Assembly: GCA_951406725.2 (NCBI GenBank)
Contig: OX597814.1
Coordinates: forward strand, 214,334,001-214,398,000
Direction of reading: 5' to 3'
Source of the DNA: Octopus vulgaris
Lineage: Eukaryota
Length of the DNA stretch: 64,000 bases
Position numbers and translations under genes: made by a program. The notes below the pieces were generated by a model, which was not told the origin of the DNA, did no database searches, and was given only the letters and a program-made list of their open reading frames with translations. Shown piece after piece: positions 1 through 10,163 of this stretch (the first letter of the stretch is position 1; the number at the start of each line of letters is the position of its first letter).

Positions 1-520
1 CCATTCTGTTTCTATCGATTTTCCAGTTTTTACCCTCATCTTTATCGTTTCTGTTATATTTACTGTTTCTTCCTAATTCTCCATGAATATTTTAGTAGAT
101 TGTACCATTCTTGGTAAACTTATCCTGGGTTTGGTAGTTTGAGTGTAATAATAATAATATGTGTAATAACGTCACTTGTAGCTTAGCCACTGGTTTAATA
201 ATAATAATGATGCCCAACATGTAATTAGGAAAATTAAGATATGAAAATTCTAGGGGAAAAAAAAAATTGCTATTGTTGTCAAAATTTCTTCTTTTATAAT
301 TCTTAGAGACATGGAAAGATCTATTTTCATCAACTGCATACATTCTGTAAATTGTTTTACCAAAATATAACTGTATTAAAAAGAAAGTGAAACAGTATTG
401 TGTAAAAGCATCAAACTTAAATTAACACTCATCAGAAAGCAATTACATTCGATAAGCAGCCACCCGATTACACAGTGGTTTTACAAGTCCAATTAAACGG
501 GGACCTGGTACTAAACAACT

Positions 521-559
521 ATGGTGACTGGAGACAACAGGCAGCTCCTTCCAGCTGAC
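521..559 (+). CDS. USP47: USP47-like deubiquitinase, coding exon 1 (MVTGDNRQLLPAD)
   Basis: ATG at 521, 13 codons, strong donor GTGAGT at 560 (phase 0). Resembles the recalled human USP47 N-terminus MVPGEENQLVPKE and joins in frame to 41337. Confidence 0.8.
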
Positions 560-1213
560 GTGAGTTGATTTTTTTCTGTTTTGTTTTCATTCCTTACTCT
601 TTCTACTTAATTCTTTTATTTTTTCCCCCCTATTAATTGTCAATATGGCGATATCTTATTTGACATTCTTCAGAACTGTCTAATTCTACATGAAATTATT
701 GTTTTTTTAATGAATTGGAAATTACACCCATTATGCAAGAAATGTGTAAATATGAAGCAGACATTCACGTGCATGTGCGTGTAAAGTTGTAGGTTTTCTT
801 GTGTTCTGCTCTGAGCTCTTATTAATCTACGTATCAAGATGAAATGTCAATAATCCAAGTTGTGTTTATTTATTCATTACTTTAACTGACAGTGGCATTG
901 CATTCTATTCAGGCCGCAACCATTCTTCTTTTTATTTCATCTACATCTTACCTATATTAAACTTAGTGTTTTCTTTAAAAAAACCCCACAAAACCAGGCC
1001 CCTTATTCTCAATACATTGTTGACAGTTCTCTTTCCATTCACATGTGGTCATATAGTTTACGACATTTTAAACTCTTTAAGCTCATACTCAGATCCTAAT
1101 TGTTACTACACTGTATCTGTTGACCTATTAGTTTTCTCATATTACACTTGCTCTTATTGCAAAGTTAATACTAACATGGCTGTGACTAGATTTCATTATA
1201 TACACACACATAT

Positions 1214-1245
<32 letters not shown>

Positions 1246-1412
1246 TATGGTAAAAATAATTTTACCTTTGCCCATGTAATACAGTAAATGAATTAATTGC
1301 ATCGCAGTTCTTAACATTTTATGTATTAACTTTGTTGGGTACTTCACTAGCAGTATAATTGGATATATGTTATCCCATGGAGGGTTGAATTTGCAACCCC
1401 TATCTCAATTTG

Positions 1413-1443
<31 letters not shown>

Positions 1444-2230
1444 TTTTGTGTATATATGTATTAGTTTCAGTTCCTGTATTCTTTGTCCACCCCTCTTTTA
1501 TATCGCAAACCTTTACGTCAATATCTGCGAAAAATTTATGATGATCATCTTTATTGCCATAAATGGATGCATTCGTTTTAGTAATTTTTTAAAAACTGTA
1601 TAAATACATTCATTTTGGTTCGTATCTTTGGTTAAGCGCCTGGTAGAATAAAAAAAAAAACGCCTATATTATTCGATATTATTCATTTGTAATAATACTT
1701 TCATTTCAGTGGTAATATAGTTCCTGTTTTTTTTTTATATATATTTCATTTTCATTTCATTTAGTTATCTTAGGCTTCTCTTTAGGCCAGAACAAGCAGT
1801 ATATTTTTGTTGGTTGATGATAATTTAGTCAGCCGACTTTATGGCTATTTCTGTTTTTAGAGAAAGTTCTAAAACCTACCAATTCAGCTTGATATGATGC
1901 AATGCGTATTTGGAGAGGAGTTGGCTAAGTCTGCAAATACGTAAAAAAAAATCACGTCTTGGTTCAGGAGTTTCGTGGTCTCCTAGCAACAACACAAAGT
2001 ACTCTTTTTTTTATACTTCTTACTAAAGTGAACTCGTACACAATTATTGTGCCTCTGCACAGATTTATTTTCATCATTTTATGCTATTTAAATTTTTAGA
2101 TAATTAAAATTTTGTTAGGTATTTCATTTATTCTGTTGGAATGTAGACTCGGTTTATTAATCTAGTACAACAAACGAAACGTCTGGAGAGGATAAAATTA
2201 TTTTTAGCATGAACTGGATTATGATATTTT

Positions 2231-2458
2231 GTTGTGTCTGAGAAGAGTCATACTGTCTTAATACCGTATTAACACACCGGTTCGATTTACACTCAATGAA
2301 AACATCCATTGACAAGGATATAGATAATGAGTGGAAATCGAACCAGCGGGTGTGTTAGATAAGGCATTAAGGCAGTATGTCACTCCCCAGACACAACAAA
2401 ATTTGCTTCAACTCAGAAATTCGCATAAAGAACTTGCAAACCAGATACGAAAACGAAG
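2231..2458 (-). mobile_element. Asymmetric foldback element, short variant
   Basis: Imperfect inverted arms at ~2229-2296 and ~2328-2400 plus a ~60 bp unpaired head. Flanked by a perfect 16-bp direct repeat TGGATTATGATATTTT (2215-2230, 2459-2474). Confidence 0.7.
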
Positions 2459-2862
2459 TGGATTATGATATTTTCATTATCAAATGAAAACTTTATACTG
2501 TTTTACTGAACTGCCAAATATCTACAATAATAACTATAATATATTCGTGAAATATTAACATGAAACAGTAAAAATAATCTAAATAGCAAATTGTTTTAAA
2601 ATGTAGTCAACAAATTTTGGTTTTGAGTTAAGATCTCAGATTCTAGCTTTCAAATTTAAATTCAAGCTCTATAAGTTGATTGTCCAGTATTCAATCCAGT
2701 TGATCAGGTTAATCTGGTACACACTCAGCAATTCATATGAAATATTAGACTATCTATTGGTTGTTCTTTATAATGTGAACTGTTATTATAGAGTATGTAA
2801 CGTATATTTTACAACAAAGATATTACTCTTTATTTCTAATGGGATAAGAAACAACTAATGTT

Positions 2863-3077
2863 TAACCTTTTTGTTACCATATTTCTGTTGAGATGCTCTG
2901 TGTTTCTTTCAATTAATTTTAAACATAACAAAGAATTTTAGCAAAATAATTTAGTTATCATTAAGCTAGTGTTCGGAACATAAATTGTGACTAAGGTTTG
3001 GTGGAAGATTTTAATTCAGAACATTTGTACTACAGATCCAGGAGTGGTTTCAGGTGGGCTGATATTAAAAGGTTTAA
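2863..3077. mobile_element. piggyBac-like MITE, same family as 31154-31373 in reverse orientation
   Basis: TTAA-CCTTT...AAAGG-T-TTAA ends. The body is a diverged reverse complement of 31154-31373. Confidence 0.65.
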
Positions 3078-4217
3078 ACCTGTCCACTTCTTTTATCTAG
3101 AGGATAACTGTTGCCTTAGTTTTCAAGTGATACCAAGTTATATGGTCTTGAGTTTTGAATCTGATTATTTTAAATCTCAGCGAGGTATATCATCATCATC
3201 ATCGTTTAGCGTCCGTTTTCCATGCTAGCATGGGTTGGACGGTTCTACTGGGGTCTGTGAAGCCAGAAGGCTTCATCAGGCCCAGTCAAATCTGGCAGTG
3301 TTTCTACGGCTGGATGCCCTTCCTAACGCCAACCACTCCGAGAGTGTAGTTATATATGTAGTTATATATGTAAAATATATCCAAGCAAGCATAATTCGAT
3401 GATAATTATGATATATGTTATAAAAAAAACTATGCTTAGTATCATATTGCTTCTTTTAATTTCAAATATTTGTGCTTTATCATGCGAAATGTCTAATTCT
3501 GTTTTTGTATGATGTAGGTCCCTTCTGTGCAGATGCCTTTGTTCTCATTTCAGAATCAATTTCTGAGGTGCAGGACAATCTTTTTTTGTCCAGTAGCTTG
3601 AAGAAAACAGATGTTTGATATCTTGAAAGGGAATAGGTCAGCAATTGATATATGTACAAGCTCTATTACAATCAATAAATGTGAAAGAGTTGTAGTGGAA
3701 TTTCAGGTAGACTCAGTAAATTGACATTTAAGTACACCAAATGCCTTGATGCAGTTAGTAGTATTAACTATCCGTGTACTGAAAACTATTGGCTATTATA
3801 ATGGGTCAAGTCTGTGAACTAGGTGATATAATACAACATGAGAAAATAATAACCGAATGAATTTTCAGGATCTGTTTCTTCAAATTTCAAGTAATTGGAT
3901 ACAACCTGAGAGAATTTTTACAGTTGGATTTGATAATAACAACTAAAGAGATACTAATTATCTCTTCTAAACCATGAAAAATTATACAAACTTAATTATA
4001 AGTCTTGCTTAAAGAAGAAATATTACATAATCAATATACTTAGTCTTATAATTTCCTAATTATACTAATTATTTTTGACTGAATAAATTAATAGCCTTCT
4101 TGACTTATGTATTATTAGATTTTGGGATTGAAATATCTTCTCACACTCATTCATTCATGGAAGGAAAGTTTCCTTTTCAACTAAGTTCAGTATTTATGTT
4201 GAAGTAATGATATATTT

Positions 4218-4545
4218 CGTTTTTGGATTTGGTTTGCAAGATTCTTTATGTGAGTTCGTGTGTTGAAGCATATACTGTTGTGTCTGGGGAGAGTCATTTT
4301 CTTTTTGTGCCTTATAATTTAACACACTCACCGGTAAAATTTCCATTTATTCCTTATTTTTATTTTCCTAAAATTTTTGTTGCGTCTTGCAACTTTTTCA
4401 ATAGTCTTGAGAGTCAAGACTATTGAAAAGGTTGGAAGACGCAATGAAAATTTTAGGAAAATAAGGAATAAGTGGAAATTTTACCGGTGAGTGTGTTAAA
4501 TTATAAGGCACAAAAAGAAAATGGCTCTCCCCAGACACAACAGAA
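4218..4545 (+). mobile_element. Asymmetric foldback element, long variant
   Basis: Head shared with 2231-2458, then a palindrome at 4275-4543 with a 3-nt loop at 4411-4413. Near-perfect 13-bp direct repeat TAATG(A/G)TATATTT (4205-4217, 4546-4558). Confidence 0.72.
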
Positions 4546-4699
4546 TAATGGTATATTTTCCCAGGCTAAATAGTTTCTAACATATAATAAAATCCTCTCC
4601 ATCATAGCAATTTCACCAAACTATCAGTTACTGTTAATAGATGTGTATTTTCAGAACTAAAGTGATGTACAAGGTTTTTTGTATTTCTAGCTTTAATTG

Positions 4700-5575
4700 A
4701 ATATGAAGAGCATTTATAAAAATGTATCCCATTGTACCAGAAGCTCAATTCCATGCTTATACCATTTGGTTGGCTTAGAGGCAAAAAACATTTCCTGCAC
4801 ACATTTTCAACCATATTCCACATTGTTGAACTTCTGTCCATGCAAGAAATGAGCTCAGAAAAGGTGGAAATCTAATGCTGCAAAGTTTAGACTGTATGTA
4901 GGGTGAGGCAACACTCCTAACCTATCAATTTCCTCGAGTTTGAGCTTGGTCACATTGGCAGTGTGTGCTGGGGTATAGTCATGCATGTCTTCAACTGACC
5001 AATGGTGAGTAGCAAGCTTACATTCCCTTGAAATTCTACCAAACACACAATATGATCTCCTGTTCAAACTGACCTTGTTTGACAAGTTCTGAAGTCTGGC
5101 TGGAATGAAACCATTGATTTTTCATCCTCAGTTACAATTTGATGCCAAAAATGGGCCTCTCTAGGATTTGCCAGCAGTTGTTTGAAAATGTTCACACATT
5201 GTTGAGCCTGGTCATAGGTCAGTTGGTGAGGAGCTTCTCGACAGCATCTGTTCAAAAGGCCTCATGGAGGTGTCGATTAATGGTGTTTTGTGAAGGACCA
5301 AGTTCTGCCAACAATTTATGAATGCTTGTGCTTGGCTGATGTTCAGCCATTTCAAGCAAAGTCTCATCATCCTCAGAAGGTTTCTCTGACCTTGACTTGT
5401 CTTTGAGGTTGTGGTCACCGTCCTTGGAATGTCTGAACTAGTTTTGTGCCATACATTCATTGACTGTTCCTTGGCCTTCCACATAATTAATTTCTTTTGC
5501 CAATGCCCTTACACTAATTCCTTTTTTCCATAGGTAGTGTAAAATGGCACTTATTGCAATTTTTTCACCACTCAT
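4700..5575 (-). pseudogene. Decayed mariner (Tc1/mariner) transposase
   Basis: Frameshifted fragments PHQLT..., IVTEDEK, HDYTPAHTA and LPHPTYSLNFAALDFHLF correspond to mariner WVPHEL, TGDEKW, HDNARPH and HPPYSPDLAPSDFHLF. Confidence 0.9.
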
Positions 5576-5885
5576 TATCAAAGATGTAAATTAATGAAGA
5601 AACAATTAATGTTTGTTATATATGAAAATAAAGAACAAATAATTCAGCATCAATTGGATAACAAGTATCAAATTAATGATATAACATGGTGATACAAGTT
5701 GCCAAAAATCATCAGTGAAAAACCTTAAAAACCTTTGATTCAATCTGGTATCTATTTGTGTCCAATCTTCGCAACATTGACTGTGAGCTTGCTAAGAAAT
5801 ATATTAGCTCAGTTTTCAAAAAGAAAGCACAATTATTTCCAGGTAGAAGGTTTTTATTTCTATTTACTGCTATATTTATGTAATT

Positions 5886-6191
5886 ATGTGGAGGCGCAAT
5901 GGCCTAGTGGTTAGGGCAGCGAACTCGCGGTCATAGGATCGCGGTTTCGATTCCTAGACCGGGCGTTGTGAGTGTTTATTGAGCGAAAACACCTAAAAGC
6001 TCCACGAGGCTCTGGCAGGGGATGGTGGTGATCCCTGCTGTATTCTTTCACCACAACTTTCTCTCACTCTTACTTCCTGTTGGCCTGCTCGCTTAGCCAG
6101 CGGGGTGGTGTCATTCGAAGGCTAAAACAATGCGAAGTGCATTGTGACCAGCGATGTGTAGCAACATCTGATAGCCTGGTCGGTCACGGTG
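5886..6191 (+). mobile_element. tRNA-derived SINE, family A with tail type 1 (OR-like)
   Basis: A box TGGCCTAGTGG and B box GTTTCGATTCC in the head; 12-bp TSD ATTTATGTAATT; homologous to 61708-62019. Confidence 0.88.
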
Positions 6192-7691
6192 ATTTATGTA
6201 ATTTTAAGAACAACTTTTTTTATTTTTACATTTACATTATTTTATGATTTCATGGTAAACCTGAATGTTTCTTAAAGGTTAAATGTTGTATTGAACTTGT
6301 TCATCATCAAAGCTGGCAGATTTTTCCTTTCGTAGCTTTTTTTTTTTCCGTATTTTTGATGAGCTTTTCCTTGTTGAAGAAAGGATTTGACATTTTCTTG
6401 ATCTTGATAGTTAATTGTAAATATGTAAGTTACCAGTTGTTGCTATGGTACTAGGTTAGTACTTTGCTTTTGTAATCACAGTAGATGCTTGGTTTAATTT
6501 TGAGGGTTAGCATTTAATTTCAGTGAGATTAAACATTTTTTTGTGTTTTCATGTAGTTACATTACTTGTACATCTGTAGTTTTATTGATACCTCTATAGC
6601 AATAAATACTAGAATTGAACATTAAAAGTTATCCTAGTCCAGTGATTCCCAGTTTTATCTATAGCCCACATCCCAAGGAAATATTTAATTAATTTTCACA
6701 CTCCTACAAAAATTGTCACATTTGAAAATGAAATTGTTAATTTTCCTAATTGCTGATATATTTTTTTTAACTGAACAACATACATTTCTTTGGATGAACA
6801 AACTGAACTGAGAAAAATATCTTTTGGTTGACTACAGAGCAATTAGAAAAAGCTTTCAGTAGTTGACTACAGAGCAATTAGAAAAGCTTTCAGTAGTGAA
6901 ACCAGTCAATGATGAAGGCTTTCCTTTTGTTGATTTCAGTCACAATTGTCAACATAAAATTCAACGAAGCTTCTCATTCGTGACTTTATCAAAACTCGAG
7001 ACTTCCTTGTTGGTTGTGAATTACAGGTCTGCTTGTGGAGTCTAAGATTTCGTCTTGCTTGACAAAAGGGAACTGAATACAGATTCATGCAAGTATGTCG
7101 TTCCATATAGAATGAGGACAAAGGTTTTGGTTAAATAGATCTGCATGTATTGAGTAATGGAGTTCTTAGTTGCTGACAGAATTTCAAGTTATCTATAATA
7201 TAATAGGGAATGTTTCCAGTTCATTCTACTGATTACCTGGTTTATCTCTTTTCACTTTTATTAGCCTTTCAGTTCAACTTTCTGACTGTTCTGTCAGTTT
7301 TTGTAAACATTTATATCCAAATTTGTATGACATTGCTATCGGCTGTATTGAAGAAACCAGGAAAGAAGGATGTCATGTAACTGATAACATTTTGGGTTTT
7401 TTTACTGAAGTTCTGCATATGTAGTCTTTCCATTTATTTTGTAGTGTGGTAGGAAGTCTGAGATTATTGCACATTTCAATTAATCAATGATGAAGGCTTT
7501 CCTTTTGTTGATTTCAGTTTTAACAGTTTATTCCTGTTTACTATTATATACTATGTCAGTATTTAAAACACTTAGTGCTGATATAAAATGAAGGGCAACA
7601 AATAGACACCTTTACATTTACTTTATATTTTCCACAAAGGATTCAATGTTTGTCCTGTCTTACACTTTCCACTGCCAGTTTTGTCTGATGC

Positions 7692-8165
7692 TATCATCAT
7701 CATTGTTCGACCATGGTCGAGACAATGGAATTTACCATGCTACGCCAGACTTCACGGTCCATCATGGCATTACGGAGGTCCTGTTGCTGGATGCCTGTAT
7801 CCCTGGAGATTATATCAGGGTAGGAGAGTATGCGCCCTCTGGTATTGCGAGTAGATAGCTTCCAGAGGAGAAGAGTAGAAATTACCTCTTTTTCAGCTCT
7901 ACAACAATGTCCAGCAAACTGGACTCTCCTACCTTTCACAAGAGATGACACAGGTGGTAGTTTCCCATATATTTGCATTTTGGTTGGATGGCACTTCCAC
8001 AAGAGATTTTGAGCTCTCATAAGGAGGCGAGTGTAGGTTCCATCCAACTGCCTCTCAAGCTTCTTTGATAACGTCCAGGTTTCTGAGCCATATAGTAGAA
8101 TTGGTTTGACTGTGGCTTTGAAGATTTCAAGTTTGAAGTCTCTACTTAGATTTGATGACCAAGAA
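7692..8165 (-). mobile_element. 5'-truncated RTE-group LINE (ORF C-terminus plus (TGA)n tail)
   Basis: FKATV.PILLYGSETWTL...LDGTYTRLL...RRVQFAGHC.R...DREVWR is a typical post-RT region of RTE-group LINEs. The stop codon runs into TGA repeats. Confidence 0.85.
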
Positions 8166-8770
8166 TCTTTCTGCAGACATCAACTTTCAATATAAAGTTT
8201 TTTAGAACTGTCCTATAGTGATCTAATAGCCTTAACTGTTTAGAATTCAGATTATTCTGTCAAGTAATCATGCATTATTTTGTAGCTTTGAGAGTTTGAT
8301 GATAAGATAATCTATTTTTAGAATGGTTTTGTAGAGTAAGTGTGAGAGGCCAGATTTGGCCAGTTTGAGCATAAAACAAGTGGAATATTTTGGTCAGAAT
8401 TGGCCAGTTTAAATGCCATAAGGTTAAAATGTTAACATGGATTTATATATGCATAAACTTAATTTTTGGAGAAAAGAACACTCAGTCACTTCTTGCATTC
8501 TAAACAGTTTCTGACACTCTACAGTGCTTTACAATTGAGTATTGTTCTTGTACTCATGATAGTATACTAGTTTTGATAATTCAAATCTTATACTGCATCC
8601 ACAAGGTTATCTATCATTTATCTGTCTTAATGACTTTGTAAATGAATCAAGTATTTACTGTACTCTGTTGCTCTCAAAAATTATTACTGCATACACAGCT
8701 CAATACTTTGTCCTACCCCTTCTGTGTTTCAGTGCTAAATTTAATCTTTTTTGAGAACTACTTCAGTATC

Positions 8771-8978
8771 AACCCTTTAGCATTATTCTGACAAAAGTAA
8801 TGCTTGTTTATTCGCAGTTTTGAATTAATCATGCATTTTCTTGTAGCTTTGAGATTTTGATGTAGTAACTTAATTTTTTAGAATGAGATTATTGGGTTGG
8901 TGTAAGAAACCAGACCTGGCCAGTTTGAACATCAAATATTTTGGCTGGATATGGCTGGTTTAAATGCTAAAGGATTAA
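8771..8978. mobile_element. piggyBac-like MITE family F (other copies ~8233-8427, 26846-27066, 30633-30845, 43422-43600)
   Basis: CCCTTTAGCATT...AATGCTAAAGG terminal inverted repeats (TIRs) and a shared ~210 bp body. Confidence 0.65.
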
Positions 8979-9517
8979 ACGTCTTACTATTATTCTAAAT
9001 ACTTACAAATCTCCAATGTATGTATTAACACAGACATTTCCTTGTCTTCAACTTTCCTTAACATTAACAAATGCTTCAAAAATTTTCAGTGTATATCAAA
9101 TACATATACAGGCACAAATGTGGTTATGTGGTTAAGAAATTTGCTTCCCAATGCTGTAGTCCTGGGTTCAGACCTACTATGTGGCTCTTTGGACAAGTAT
9201 CTTCTACTAAAATACTGGGTCAATCAAAGCCTTGTGAGTGGATTTGGTAGATGGAAACTGAAAGAAACCCATTGTATAATAAATATGTGCGTATGTGCAT
9301 GTGTTTGAGTGTACCCTTGTCTAGACTTCATTTGAGAGTTATAAATGAACATCATTGTCATACAAGAGAGGGTGTTCATTTTTCCTTGAAAATCATGTCT
9401 GTCCACAGGGGAATATAAATGCATGGAAACAGGTGTTGGTTGGCAAGAGGAAAAGCATCCAGCTGCAGAAAATCTGACTCATGCAAGCATCAAAAAGTGG
9501 ACATTAAATGATGATGA

Positions 9518-9570
<53 letters not shown>

Positions 9571-10163
9571 ATAAGACTGGAGCCTGGTGCAGCCTTCTGG
9601 CTTCCCAGATCCCCGGTCGAACCGTCCAACCCATGCTAGCATGGAGAACGAACGTTAAATGATGATGATGATGATATATATATATATATATATATTGCTT
9701 ATGAGCCATTCAACCATTTCATAACTTACTCTCTTTTAAAACTCGGTTTTGAAAGAAAATTGTCTTTGACAGCAGAAGTAACAACCACTTGTTCCTCATT
9801 AATTATTGATATATAAAAATCAAACTTCTATTCTAATTATGTCTTTATAAATATGATCCATTTTCATATCACAATGCAGAGTATTGTGTTCTAAGAAAAC
9901 CAGGAATTTGGATGATACTGTACTATGCAGTAGACTGATAGTATATTTGCATATTGGATGTTGATTCATCTTAACTAGGTAGAGCTTTGTCAATGTGAAA
10001 GATGTTTTGGTGAAGAAACTTATTTCAGTTTTGCTATGAACTAGTATTTCTGTGAAAGAATACAAAATCAAGTTGAGTCGGATTGTTTCACAGACAACAG
10101 TGCCATTTAGTTCTAAAGTGGTAAGGTCTTTTTTTTGTCTGTGAAAAATATTTTTTTTAGAAA

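Noticed and set aside
1-343. Divergent gene on the - strand upstream of USP47
   Set aside because: The 83-aa ORF is low-complexity with no recognisable similarity; anything beyond the window edge cannot be assessed.
5888-5965. tRNA gene (also the heads at 30300-30370, 35129-35205, 61945-62019 and the family C/G heads)
   Set aside because: These are SINE heads continuing into repeat bodies with TSDs; there is no convincing acceptor stem.
6906-7000. C/D-box snoRNA starting at ATGATGA
   Set aside because: No suitably placed D box or terminal stem, and no recognisable rRNA guide.
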